DNA of 60,837 bases, filler included, from Sphacelaria rigidula (GCA_964200075.2; 6 parts of 6 records of this genome joined end to end with filler, not necessarily neighbours in it), one strand, 5' to 3'. Shown: positions 38,210 to 51,550, counted from the whole stretch's first letter. The notes: generated by a model from the sequence alone, not told the origin. Numbers and translations are program-made.

Positions 38210-40526
38210 CTATATCATCGTTGTGCACAAAATAGAGAAAGAAATCGTCACAGAGTGAGCGCGTGGACACACTTATGCAACGGACGAGCGGGTGATATAT
38301 CGACGAGGACGATCAGGCCATCCACTTTGGCTGCCACAAGATGCTCTTGACGGAAAATTCGACGTCGAGCGTGTCAGCTCCTGTTTGTTCAGGTCTTCGA
38401 ATTTTCTACGATGTTGTCATAGTTTCCTCAGGTTGTACTGTGATGTGGAGCAAACAAAACAAAGCCGCTGTGGGTATGAAAAACATCTCTCCGAAAACTG
38501 CTTATTCTCGCGGTTCAGCGCCGAGTTTTGCCCGAATACGGGTCTCGGCGGACCAGGTCACCTCAGGAAGACCTCCTCTACCCTCTGAAAGGATTTTTCG
38601 GGGTATTTTCTCTACCATTTGTGCGCGCAGGTTCACGTTTCGACTAAACCGGTGATTTTCCATGAAGCGGGTGGGACAACCGTTGTTCCTGTGAGCTCCT
38701 CTAACTTCTAGTGAGGAACTCGAAGGATTTTGGAGCTTTATACGGAAACTCGCTAGTTCGTCAACAAGTCAGGGTGGGCTTAGGAAAAATTGGAAGAATG
38801 TGCCAGAACCCTCTCGGACAAGGCGTGAGATCTTCCTGAGGCGACACAATGCGCCAAGCCACTTTTTCTGACAAACATCGGCGCCGAATTGCCTATGTAC
38901 GCATTTCGTAAGAACCTTTTTCTCGTGCCCATAGTAATAAGCTACCCAACTAACATACCCATCCACGTGCCTGTGCATAGTGGACTCAGGCGTCGAGCAC
39001 CGAACCCCATTGACCAGACAGCTACGGATAGTGACGGGGGAGTTCATAATATGCCCATTTCATTCGTGATGTCAATGCTAAAAATACTCAAACAAATGAG
39101 TCAACATACATCGAGGAATCATGCATGAAAAAACATGGAGAAATCGATTACTGCCCTAGTTTAATATTCATGCGGTACGCTCAAGTCTAACCTTATCCCT
39201 GCATTTATACAAGTATACTTTCTCGCGTATGTCCAGAAAGCGATGCTGACATGGCATAGATTCTACGGTAGGGGTGACTAATGCCGACATGCCCCCTCTA
39301 CAAAAAGTGCACCGGAGACCGTCCGACAAACCGGCTGCGATCCCACTATTGGGCTAGTTTGCAGCAATTTCGCCCACATGAGTAGCAGTCCGAAATCATC
39401 TGTAACGCCCAAATGAGTCGCGTCGTGCAGCACGAAACCAGCTCCGACAGCATTTTTTATCATCGCCCCCGTGCACTTTTTTGGCCGGTTCGGGGGACGG
39501 GGGGCTATCTCGGCAGCAGTCGGGTGCACTCTTCAGTCCGCAGGTCTCAAACGTCGGAGAGATCATGATCCGATTGAAATAACTGACTGAAGGAAAATCT
39601 CGAACCCGTTGGTCCAAAAAAGCAAAATATGCGACCGCGGCGTCAGAAAAGCCAAAGCTCAACCTTTGCGCTACTCGGCGTGCTCGGCATCCGGCGCTGT
39701 GTGGAGCAAACATGAAAAAGGGAGGCCAAATGATATATATACAATAGATCATGATCCGGATCAATATACTGGGAGGAAGCCATTTTCATCAGACAGATGA
39801 TAATCTGTCCGACGTGTTAGAGTTTTTCCGAGGCTGCACACTACGGCCCAGATGTTTCTCATCAAGAGGCTCCGACAGTGCAGAGCCTCCGAAAAAAAAT
39901 CGTTTCCCCCTACCGTAGAATCATCCAGCGCGGCAGTGCCAAGCAAGGGATGCATACCTTGTGCTAGGCGTAACAGGAGCCCGCCACACAGGCAGCCTGT
40001 GTGACCTTTACTTGTATATATCGATAGCCAGCCCCCAATGGAATATTGCCGTGCAGAAAACAGGCTGCTGTGGGAACCACGACATAAAAGGGCAAAATTT
40101 CCATAAGTGTCTGTCGAAGAATAACCTTTTCACGCCGCAGGTATATGAATGAAAACAAAAATGACCCACCACTAAGCATCCTCTCCATTTATACACCTTA
40201 GGCCATTAATCCTTTAGGCGCCCGAGACCAATGGTTGCGATAATCTGGCTATTGACACTCCCGCCAGCTTTAGGAGCATAGCAACAACAGTGTCGGCGTA
40301 GATTAACGTTAATACGTTGGGCGGCTACCACCCGAATTTCCCGAGTTACTTGTTGTGGTTGTCTGATAAGATCGCAGCAGCCTGGTCCTAGGCATTGTTG
40401 AAAAGGCGAGCTGGGGTCTTTCCGTCTACATGAATTAAGCGTCCCCCCTTCTGCAACTGATATTGGTGACGCACCCATGAGGCAGTGTATACGCCGTGGC
40501 TGTCTCTGGAAATGGCGATACCAGAC

Positions 40527-40626
40527 NNNNNNNNNNNNNNNNNNNNNNNNNNNNNNNNNNNNNNNNNNNNTTAATTAATTAANNNNNNNNNNNNNNNNNN
40601 NNNNNNNNNNNNNNNNNNNNNNNNNN
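40527..40626. other. artificial contig linker
   Basis: N-TTAATTAATTAA-N, 100 nt. Confidence 0.97.
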
Positions 40627-41923
40627 GTACCTGGGTTGCAACGCTGAAAACAAAGCCTAGGGATTGATTCGTACGATTCAAATCAATCACACTAAAATCA
40701 AGTAATCTTCAGACGAATCACTGATTAGTCCGACCTTTGGAGCCTTTGATACATGTATTGATATAATTAACCCTTTTGGAACCGTTCATGGAAAAATGAC
40801 GTTTCACATTTGACGTTTTCTCGGAGGTAAGATGTGCTTGTTTTTCTGCAAATGATGCAGTCTTACGCCAAAAAAATAAAAATAAAACGGAACAGAATCT
40901 GACATCTTTTCGTCCCAATTCGCACGCACACACCGCGCAACCCCAGATTCAGTAAGATGGGTTTGTTGTCTGTAGTCTACATGACATGTGGTCGAAGTTT
41001 CAGTACGTGAAAGCACTAACTACAGCGCTTGCACGGCCGTGTCTCCTGAAGTGAGCACCTCTATAGGCGATACCAAGATAGGTATCGCGTAGAATGACAT
41101 CATCCAGAGTGTGCGCGACACGGATCGATGTGTTCGTTTGCCGGGGCAGGAGCCACCCAGCAGGAAGTGAGCGTATCTGCGTGTCAACATATATGTATCT
41201 ACTGACGTCTCACGCAGTCTGGGCCGAGGGGACTGCGTTTTGAGGGCGTATCGATGGCATTGCCCAAAATCCGTATTTTGCTTCGTGCAGCTAGCGCACC
41301 ACGTGAAACGTGCCGCCGCTCCGTGAATATGCTGTCTGTGTTGTGGTCTACCTCTGTGCCAAGTTTCAGGCTGGTTCGAACAGACACGGTGAAGAAATCC
41401 GCGAGCAAAATAACCCCTGATTTGTACTGAAAACACAGTACTAGACCCTGTTGAACCGTCGAAAGATACATGAGGTGCGCATGATTTTTGTATGCGGGAA
41501 TCTTGGCAGCCGACTTGCTTTTTTTTTTTGGCGTAAGACTGGTTGATGATGCAGCCCACCAAAAGGGAGCACTACTTCAAGTGCAAGTTTACTAATGTGA
41601 CTTATTCGTGCACCGAACTCGAAGTGACCTTTTTCCCGCTGACGAATGCTCGCATATGGGAAGTTGTTCTGTTTATTCGAGAGTTGCAGAAGGGTTCCGC
41701 TATACATCCAGCCGCGGTTGGTCACGAGATAGACGTGGGCATTTACAAAAGCACACACTCCAGGGCTGCCACTCCCAGCTAGGGCCAACAAGCCAACATC
41801 ACTGCTTCACTCAGAAGAGGGACCCTGTGAATAAACGAGCATCATGTAAGGGCCGTGGAATATTATACAGTACAGTGCTGTATAGGGACGTTGACTTGCG
41901 GTGCGTGCATATTGAGAGGCTCG

Positions 41924-42830
41924 CCTCCCACAGATGGAGGTACTGTCACTCAAAGTGAATGACAAGATTTTCGCGCGAGGCGCGATTATGATCGAGCGTT
42001 TATCAGTCGGCACTAGGCAAGAAATTGGGACCCGTCTGAAATCAGGGGGAAGAACAAAAATATGGAACATATCCTGTTTTACTGTGCTGCGGCACAAACA
42101 CACTCATGCTCTCTCTCATGTGCTGTAGCTGTCACTGCGCTGTGGTGTGTACAGACCTTTGCGAAGACGGTTTGGTCTCCGCTGAGACTGTCTGAGTTAC
42201 TTGATTGCCATTGCATACCGTCTCTATGGGAAATGATAATGTTCGTCGGCACACCGTGATTTCAATATACTGTTAAAGCCTTCATGGTGTGATGGCTGTT
42301 TCGTCTTCCGTCAAACGAACAAGGCGGTTCCCAAACCCATCATTTCCGTGCTGTAGTTGTCGCTGCGCTGTCGTGCATTCCAACACTCTACGACGGACAT
42401 GGTGTGATATGCGCTAGAGAGTGCCTGAACAGCGGTATTGCTGCATGCCGTGTCTCGGTTTGTACACAATTGGGGTGGGATCAACGTGCTGTCTGTACGA
42501 GGCTGAAAAAACCACGTTATTAGCTGTCTGTTGTGTCTTCGTTGATACTTTAGTTGTAGTCGGGTGCTGTGATCGGGAAAGGTACGCAAGGCGGGTGCGT
42601 GCAGGTTGGGGCGAACAAACTGAGCCAGCTCTCAGAGCTGCTGCATCGTAAGCAATTGATGGTCGCAGCTGTCTGTCTCGCAGCGGCGCAATGTGTGGGC
42701 CAATCAAAGCTATTTTGCCACGCATATGCCACTCGTTTCCCTCGTCTGATCGTTGAAAGGTCGTCGCATTTTCGTGCTTTAAAAAGCTTTGATTGGTCGA
42801 AGAACCTTGCCACTCATATTTCCTGCCCCT
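41924..42830. repeat. left arm of a long inverted repeat
   Basis: Reverse complement of 46174-47021 at high identity, with a private insertion of about 90 bp at about 42477-42563. Confidence 0.95.
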
Positions 42831-43320
42831 TTCTTATCGAAAAGCCAAGAATTTCTCGGAGGCATCCATACACCACGACAAGGCCACAGACATCAAGAAT
42901 CATTTGTTGTGAGTATGGAAGTGAGATTCGATGAAGATACAGGGGGAAAACGAAAAAAAACTAGTCAAGCGGAACGGAGAGGGACGAACGGGAGGGGAGC
43001 CCAATGCCAAAGACCAAGGGCCATCTTAAGCGCAGTGAGTACCCCCACTCTTATTCGCTTGATTACAGAACATCATGGTGATGCATTTAGTAATGAATTA
43101 ATCACGGAACCCCAATCTTTGAAGTCAACCTTTGAAGTGTGCATGCTCAGAGATCAAACTAAACATCAACTTCTGGGCAACGATGACCAAACACAAATAT
43201 CAACTTGAGAAGGGGTGAGGGGCACCGCTGCCAAGAACACAGGAAAACGCACATAAATAAACCATGATAAGCCAGACGACTGAAAGAACGCAGGACATAC
43301 CACTACTAATCAATGCTCAC

Positions 43321-45360
43321 CTGTTTCTCGTGCTTGCTCTGAATAAACTTCATTTCCCCCTCGATATTCTTGAGCCACTTTTTGGCCGCGTCCACAAACT
43401 CCTCCACGTCTGCATTGGCCGCTACATCACCCGCCGTCGCTCCGCCGCCACCGTTCTTCCTTCTCTCCGTCTTCCACCCACCCTTGGATACCTCTCTGCC
43501 AATAACCCGCTTCCGCATGCCCTTCTCCTTCTCTGGCCCTTCCTCCACCACACCCTCGTCCCCCTCCGCCGCCGTCGCCACCTCCTCTTCCTCTTCTCCC
43601 TCCTCCTCCTCCTCCTCCTTTTCCGACAGAACATCACCTCCAGCAACAACCAGCCTCTTCACCATGTCCCGTACATCCTTGCGGAACCCGTCCCAGTCGC
43701 AGAGCGGCTCGTACTCGAATGTCAGCGTGGCTTCCGGCGGCAGATGCTTGTCGGGTAAGGGATGCACCACCCTGTTTTCGACGGATGGCTGTGGTGGCGG
43801 CTGGGGAAAACACCCCAGGTGTTCTCTCGATGTTGGCGCCGCTCTGGCGGCGGTCGAATCTACACCAGTACCGCCAATACTGCTCGCGGATTGCTCCGCC
43901 CCCGTCTCTACGCCGCCTTGCTTTTTGTCAACTTGGGCCGCTTGCGGTCGCTTAGCCCCAGCGTCGGACGTCGATCGCGGCCGTTTTACCGCCGCGCTGC
44001 CACCCGCCGGTCTTTTGCTGCCTGCTCCCCTCGCAGCCGGCCCCTTGATAGCTCCCTTACCCGGTGATTTCTTGTTGCCAACGCCGCCAGCGCCACCAGC
44101 AGGCCTCTTTTGCGCACCTTGGCCATTAGAACCAGCAGAAGGAGCTCCACCCACGGCCGCGTCCTTGCTCTCCGCTCCGCTTGCTGCTGCCCCGGATGCC
44201 GTCCTCTTTCGAGGACGTTTTGCTGCACCCCCGCCGCTGCCCCCGCCACGAGCGTTTCTCACTTTTGAAGAACCTTCGGTAGTCGCAGCGGTGGCGTCTA
44301 CTGTGTCGACGATTCCCTCCCCCCCTCCCCCTGCCGCCGCCGCCGGGATGGGTGCTTGCGCGATTGGCGGCGGCTGCGGCAGGTAGGTATCTAAGGCAGG
44401 CAGATAGTACCCGCTCATGAAGCGGTCTCTCAGCTCAAACAGATTGATCAGTGGCCCGCGAGTTGCCGCCTCTGGAGGGGGTCCCGGCGGCATCGGGAAT
44501 GGTGACGATGACAAAGTTGGCTCTCGTTCAGCCAACGCTGATTGGTTCGCTGATTGGTTCGACAACTCCTCCTGCTCCTTTTCCTGCTGCTGTCCCTGCG
44601 CCATTGGCGGGTTACTACGTTCTGTCTCTCGGGATGGCTGCTCGGAATATGCAGGCGCCTGAGGCAGATCGATAACCGCCGGCGCCGCCGCGGGTGCCAC
44701 CTCTTCCAACTCCATTTCCGTGGCCACATTCGCCTGCGCCTGCGCTTTCGCCGTCTTTCCATTCGTCGTCGTCGCCACCGCCGAAATAAGCGCGGGTGAC
44801 AGCGGACTATCCTGCCCTTCATCCGCGGACTGCCGCCTCGTTTTCGTCGAGTCGCTCGACATCTTCTTCGCCCGCTTCCGTGACGACTCCGACATGATGT
44901 CAGCAGGTTCTTCGCAGTCTCCCTCATGAACACCCGATCCGGATGCATCTTCCTCACTAGTGCCGGCACCTTGACATGCAGCTCCTTGACCCTCCATCGC
45001 GCCCGTCGCTGTTTTGATCGTTTTTTGTCGCGCTCCGGCAGAGTCCCCGGACGATAACTGTGTCGCTCTGTCGCCGTCACTGCGTGCCGGGGGGAGCCAC
45101 CCCTGCATAACCCGCGTTTCCTCATCTTCGTCTGCCGAGCATTTGGTAACCGTACCGCCGGTGCGTGATTTTCCCGATTTGGCTGGGTCACAAGTACCGC
45201 GATCCTCACCGTTCCCATTTGCGTAGGTCGACAGGAGCTCCAGGGGGTCGCCGGTTCTATAGAATATGGCCAAGGCGTCCTTCTTTTCGATCTTGCCGAT
45301 GAGACCCCCCATATCTCGCACTTGCGTCCAGAGAAACCTCGACACGCCGGGCGTTTCCAT
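43321..45360 (-). CDS. 2040-nt exon encoding a protein with dispersed bromodomain-like motifs
   Basis: CTGCAG|ATG acceptor, CAG|GTGAGC donor, 680 open codons. Motifs LIGKIEKKDALAIF, PLINLFELRDRFMSGYY, DWDGFRKDVRDMVKR and EFVDAAKKWLKNIEGEM. Confidence 0.75.
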
Positions 45361-45828
45361 CTGCAGAGGGTAGCATGGATTTTCGGGTATCCGCTCCCGC
45401 GCCACCGTCTTTCCCGTGCGTTTGGGATTTTGCGTCCGTGTTGTTTGAAACAATCAAGTTTTGTCGACGAGTGAAAAGTCCAGAGGTGGGCGTGGTAAAG
45501 GGGCCCGGGAGACAAGAGCAGAAGTATTTTCAAGTACATGTGAGCTAAGATACAAGAAGCCCGTGGATGTCTACGCACATCGCGGGGCAGGATCTGTGTC
45601 AGCTGAGGGAATGCATAGCAAGGCACTACACAAAAGTGCACAAATTACATGGCGGAAAGATTAAACTGAACACACACGGACACATACACGGCACCGTGAC
45701 TGAGGCCTGCAGATGTCTGCCACTGTAGCTGAAACAAGTAAACGCGTGCACCGGCTACTGCAAGCTCTTCGCTTGGACACAATACACAACTTGTATTTTA
45801 CACAGATAGGCATATTTTGCACACGCAC

Positions 45829-45984
45829 ACATGTTTTTCCTGTACGTTTGCTTGGTGCACCGAATGAAAAAACAACGCCGATATTTCGTTTGCTTTTCTT
45901 GTCTCGCGCCGGGTCACCCACCTCATCGAACTGTTTTGGCGGCTTGATGGAGCGACGGCTCGATCGACCCCCCGTCACCTCCAT
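45829..45984 (-). CDS. probable first coding exon of the same gene
   Basis: MEVTGGRSSRRSIKPPKQFDEV... carries an RSxRxxKPPxxF-type basic motif common in nuclear proteins. Candidate donor GTGCGT; the exact donor and any intervening small exons are uncertain. Confidence 0.5.
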
Positions 45985-46173
45985 ATCCCGTGATACAAAA
46001 CTGAACAGCAGCCAAAGTTAGTGCCAAAAACTGTACACCAAAGCGTTGTGAGGTTTGTCAGTCTGTGCACGCAGCAGCAGCGACAGGGAGGGCGAGAGGG
46101 AACGGGGGGGGGGGAGGGAAATGTTTTTTGTAGGTCACACGGATACACGAAAATCAGCACAGGGCCCACAGAT

Positions 46174-47021
46174 AGGGGCAGGAAATATGAGTGGCAAGGT
46201 TCTCCCGCCAATCAGAGCCTTTCAAAGCACGAAAATGCGACGACTTTTCACCCATCAGACGAGGGAAACGAGTGACATATGAGTGGCAAGATAGCTGTGA
46301 TTGGCCCACTCATTGCGCCGCTGCGAGACAGACAGCTGCGACCATCAATTGCTTAGGATGCAGCAGCTCTGAGAGCTGGCTCAGTTTGTTCGCCCCAACC
46401 TGCACACACCCGCCTTGCGTGCCTTTCCCGATCACAGCACCCCAATTGTGCCTTTCCCGATCACAGCACCCCAATTGTGTACAAACCGAGACACGGCATG
46501 CAGCAATACCGCTGTTCAGGCACTCTCTAGCGCACATCACACCATGTCCATCGTAGAGTGTTGGAATGCACGACAGCGCAGCGACAACTACAGCATGGAA
46601 ATGATGGGTTTGGGAACCGCCTTGTTCGTTTGACGGAAGACGAAACAGCCATCACACCATGATTGCTTTAACAGTATATTGAAAGCACGGTGTACCGACG
46701 AACATTATCATTTCCCATAGAGACGGTATGCAATGGCGATCAAGCAACTCAGGCAGTCTCAGCGGAGACCAAACTGTCTTCGCAAAGGTCTGTACACACC
46801 ACAGCGCAGTGACAGCTACAGCACATGAGAGAGAGCATGAGTGTGTTTGTGCCGCAGCACAGTAAAACAGGATATGTTCCAAATTTTTGTTCTTCCCCCT
46901 GATTTCAGACGGGTCCTAAATTTCTTGCCTACTGCCGACTGATAAACGCTCGATCATAATCGCGCCTCGCGCGAAAATCTAGTCATTCACTTTGAGTGAC
47001 AGTACCTCCATCTGTGGGAGG
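46174..47021. repeat. right arm of a long inverted repeat
   Basis: Reverse complement of 41924-42830, with a private tandem duplication of GTGCCTTTCCCGATCACAGCACCCCAATT at about 46419-46476. Confidence 0.95.
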
Positions 47022-47686
47022 TAAGCGCAAAAATCGGCTGCAGGTTCATAGTACAGTGTTGTACTCCTACGAGGAAACGACTCCGTAGTAACTACACCAC
47101 AGGCCACGGGCAAAAGTGAAGTAACCCTCAAAACTTTGAATATTTAGATGCATGACCGATCGGTCGTATATAACGATGCCCGTTGGCCATCAGCGTGGAA
47201 AACTGCTGTCCGAGTCGGGCGTTGCCTGTGTGCGTGTACTACACGTTTTTACGCGTATTTCTACTTGTATTTCTAATGTATTGATGGGTATCACAGCGAG
47301 TGTTTCCGTACTTTTCCGGTCAGTCCGTCTATCTAATGGCCAACCGCGGCTGGAGTCATCGTTTCGGATCAGTTTATGCGCGACGACCCATCCAACAATT
47401 AATTATATAGCGAGACATCCAATTCCGACCCTGCGAAGCAGTGGTACGTTGGGCTTTACAGTTCAAGTAGGATTCATTGCTTACCCAAGGTTAGGTAGGT
47501 GGGCACGCGTGTTATGGAAAATCAAAGCAACACGGCGCGTTCCTTACTCGGAGCGCGAGCCCTTTCTCAGCTATTACCAGGCCAACTTTCTGCGATGTGT
47601 AAGTCCACCGGCAACGACACACGGCGAAAGTCATTCTTCGTGACACATGCACTAGTCAATCTTCACATATGGTTTTCACTGAGGTC

Positions 47687-48116
47687 GCTCCTTGTGGCAA
47701 ACAAAGAAAAGTCCTGTAAAAATGCTTTCTCGGTCCTTCTTCGTTGTTTTACACCCTACAAGAGAGTTAGGCGGAAATTGACGTCTTTGAAAGACTTGCT
47801 CTTCTCGTTGAGACGGTTTCAGAACATCTTTACGTTTTCCGGCACTTGACGGGTTTTTTTGGCAAAACGACCTTGTCCGAGAACGGCCAATAACGGTCAA
47901 CTCTAGAGAAAACTGGAGAAAAGTGCTTGTTTGGCCACAAACAAAATACGACCAGTGAAACGCGCAAAGATGTCTTGGGACCGTCTCAACGAGCAGAGCA
48001 AGTCATTCCAAGGTGTCAAACTCCGCCTAACGCTCCTCTCTTGTAGGGTGTATAATGACGAAGAATGACCAAGAAGGCTTTTTTACAGGACTTATTTTTT
48101 GTTTGCCATAAGGAGC
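47687..48116. mobile_element. foldback MITE (diverged arms of about 190 bp)
   Basis: GCTCCTT.TGGCAAACAAA..AAGTCCTGTAAAAA..ACACCCTACAAGAGAG is mirrored by CTCTCTTGTAGGGTGT..TTTTTACAGGACTT..TTTGTTTGCCA.AAGGAGC. Confidence 0.8.
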
Positions 48117-48491
48117 TGCTTAAATCCTTTTGTTTTTCACATATTATTTTCCACCTTCACTCGAGAGTTTAAGAGTCGATAGGCGTTGGAAAAAGAAGCA
48201 GGTCGTCCTCATACGATATTTTCTCAACTTCATTTTGTCGGAGCGATGCGGAGTAAATCTTGTTCATCGAAGAGGTGTTATTGACCGCCTATGGCCCTAA
48301 AACATATTTTTTCGGCTGTAGCGCAATGAATACCGAGAAAATAGAAAAACTGGAGGCATATAATTGTTCATCATGACGATGCGAGTCGGTTCGGCCGAGC
48401 GAACACATCAGAGAGCGACAACCGGGAGCTGTACACTCGTAGGATCTCCACAGACCGGTGAACCCGTATCTCGTTCAAAATTGATCGTATA

Positions 48492-49065
48492 CGAGCTGGG
48501 CCAGCAGACAGTGATTTTTTAATATTTCCGGGCCCGACTGTGGGTAATTACAGAAGTTGAGCGCTGAAATTTTGACGGGACATGTTCATCTTCAATACGG
48601 AAAACATTACGCGGGATGCCACTGAAAAAAAACAGAAAGTTAGAGCGATTTCAAGTTTCTGCAAAACCTGTAAAAATGCAACATTATTATTATTATTATC
48701 AACTCCAAGAAAATAGAAGAAATACACCGGCATCCCTCGTGTTGTTATGCGCGCTTGTACGCAGGAGATCCTGGTGCAATTTCGGCCAAAAAATCCTGAA
48801 ATTCGGCCCAGGCGGGCTCTTTTTGTGCGGTACCGCTGCGCCCGTTTTATCCAGGTGATACGGGAGACTCCATTCACGAGTTCGAATCCCGACATATTTC
48901 TTCTTCATTTGTTCCATCGGTAAGGTCATACATGATACAGTACATTTCTTCGGTGGCGGTACCGCATGTTACCAGGTTGGTCTGCAGTTCACACCGATAT
49001 GCTCATGTCGGGCTGATTTGGTAAACTTGACATACAAATGCGGGATTTACTGCTGGCCCAGCTCG
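48492..49065. mobile_element. Tc1/mariner-like MITE
   Basis: Perfect TIR CGAGCTGGGCCAGCAG / CTGCTGGCCCAGCTCG with TA on both sides. Confidence 0.8.
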
Positions 49066-49209
49066 TATTAATATTTATATTCGAAAATTGTCTCGGGTAT
49101 CCATGACTCTCGATTCCCAAAGTTTAGGATCGAACAGAAACCGTGGTGAGTCGTGGTGAACGAAAAAACACTAAAAAAAACGATTTCAATCGAGAACGTT
49201 TTGTTTTAA

Positions 49210-49307
49210 CCCTTAGACCGCGAGGTTAGTCTTCTGTTGAATCGGCATCAATTTCAAGTGAAAAAAAGTATGCATGATCCAGAAAGACTAATCTCGCGGT
49301 CGAAGGG
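49210..49307. mobile_element. 98-bp piggyBac-like MITE
   Basis: TIR CCCTTAGACCGCGAGGTTAGTCTT / AAGACTAATCTCGCGGTCGAAGGG (22/24). Flanks TTAA and TTTA. Confidence 0.7.
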
Positions 49308-50682
49308 TTTAGTTCAACTACTTCAGTATATACCACGGCCGAGAATAGGTGGGAACCTGTGGCGGCGCGCCGAATTTCAAGCCCTTTTGTCGATCAGCGT
49401 CTTGCTTGCCGCCGAACTCAATTTTGAGTGACTGCCAATTGTAGTGAGACGTCAGGCTGCTGATTCGGCGTAGTTGCAGGGGTGAGTGCCGCCGCTGAAG
49501 TATAAAATCGACATACCAATCAAATCACAGCGACTGGCCGTGAACGGATAACATAACTTACACCCTTGAGAACACACGCAGTGCATCCTCCGTGTTTTCG
49601 GCTCCAACAACAGTCATTTATTTCTCGAAATGTGTAAGCGGTACTACAGTACTACTGTGTGTAAAGCACCTGATGTGAAAATTCTGCACTTTAATGTGCA
49701 AATCTGCACAAGAAAAGCAAAAAAAATGTACCATGTATTATTGCATCTGTGCATCAAGTTTTCACGTGTTTCTCGTGGAGATCCCACTTTCCGCGCGTCT
49801 ATTGCAATAGACCTACACTTTACGCAGTATATTTTTGTCCATTGCAACTATTGACCATATATATTTACTTTGTCCAGGGTGTGAAAAATTCGCAGCGCGC
49901 CGAGCCGACACACCGCCCATCTTGGGCCCTGCTACATATCGACAGTACATCAATGAAGTTAATGCAGCAGCGATTTGTTTCTTCAGTGGTTGACATTTCT
50001 TCTTTTTTCCTTCCTCTTCTCCATTCTGTTCCTCCTGGGTATTGTATGTCTACCATTCACATGTGCAAGTAGATTAGCGTCATCTCCCTGGTCATTGTTC
50101 TCTGTTCCACAGTCAGTGTTGGCATGCCCTTGCTAGTTTTTCTCCCGACCGTTTTTTCTTTTCATAAACGGTACAACTGTAGTATTGTTATACCCATATA
50201 GGCATGGGAGAGTATCAACTGTAGTTCGCCAGTGCAGTGACGTGGGAATTTTTTTCCCTCACCTTGTAGCTCGCCAGTCATCGATGTTTCGACAGCGGGT
50301 CTGAACAAAAGAGCTCATGCAATAGTGACAAATAGAAGTCGACATGTGGTGCGTCTTCACCCCTTCTTTTCGACAGCAACCTTACCGCAAACATTTCAAG
50401 TTCCCCAGACGCCCCACCCAATTCACCAAAAACAATGAGTACACGAAGACACACCGATAGTCCTTGATGAGTTCGTTTCGTATTTAGTACAGCGAAGTTG
50501 GTACAGTACTGTAGCGCTGCACGCTAACAAATGGTTCGACCACACAACACACACAGCAGTACAGCAGCAGTTACAGACAGTAAAGTAACTAAAAGACAGT
50601 ACACTACAGACAGTTGTTGTTGTTGTCTTCATATTAAAAGCCGTTCCGATATCTGCGCGGTACATTGGTACTGGGCATCTTA

Positions 50683-50782
50683 NNNNNNNNNNNNNNNNNN
50701 NNNNNNNNNNNNNNNNNNNNNNNNNNTTAATTAATTAANNNNNNNNNNNNNNNNNNNNNNNNNNNNNNNNNNNNNNNNNNNN
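50683..50782. other. artificial contig linker
   Basis: N-TTAATTAATTAA-N, 100 nt. Confidence 0.97.
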
Positions 50783-50877
50783 GTCCCGCGAGCACCCGGC
50801 GTGCTCCGTCCCGGCTTTGTAGGGGTGCGAGATCAATAGTCTCATTACTATGGCATGCATGATCATGAGTACACCCA

Positions 50878-51171
50878 AAGCCTATTTCAGCGATTCAGGG
50901 CCGCTATACCGCGGAATACCCGACTTCGTGAATAGTGCCCCAAAGCGGTTTTCTCTGAGACAGGTATACGTTTATTTCTGCGAGAACTCGAAGTTTTCTG
51001 TGAGGTGTTTGACAAGCTGCTTCCTCTACAGAAAGTCGAACTGACCGTATGAAAGATCAGAAAAGTGCGCCTGAACCCTTTCGGGGCGTTCAGCAAGGCC
51101 TTTTATGGCGGGATAATCCGCAAAGCCCCGTATCCCGGGGAAGATCGGCCCTGAATCGCTAAAATGGGCTT
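50878..51171. mobile_element. MITE with 26-bp TIR
   Basis: AAGCCTATTTCAGCGATTCAGGGCCG versus CGGCCCTGAATCGCTAAAATGGGCTT (24/26). Confidence 0.75.
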
Positions 51172-51550
51172 ATTAATGTTTTTTCGTACCACAAGAAGCG
51201 GGCTGGAGCTGTCACTGTTGATGAGTCTTGTTCCAGCTTGGAGATGTTATGGAAAACGAGGACTTTGTTGACTGCACATGGTTTGATTCACGTACGGCAA
51301 CGAAAGAGTACAAAATACTTCAAGTCGAGACGTGTAAAAATCTTGACATGTTGTAGACATCGTAACGGGTTATTCTCGTCTTGTCTCGTCAATACCTCTT
51401 TCATGACATGGAAGTAGGTCCTTGGTGGGAGAACCAAACTGTTGCTTTGTGTAGTCAATGCCCGTCGACTATCTGTGGTGGGGTTGACGAAAATGCCAGC
51501 CGCATCGTTTTTTTTGCCGAACTTGCATGTCCTTCGCTGCTACCGTGCAG

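Noticed and set aside
43370..44386. 338-aa plus-strand ORF and other long antisense ORFs (e.g. 59977-60825, 37163-37693)
   Set aside because: These are shadow frames of GC-rich exons on the opposite strand, with no independent motifs or splice support.
41705..47355. Short match CCAACCGCGGCTGGA at about 41710 (minus) and about 47340 (plus), suggesting the inverted arms extend further
   Set aside because: The intervening sequence does not align. It is more likely a separate small dispersed repeat.
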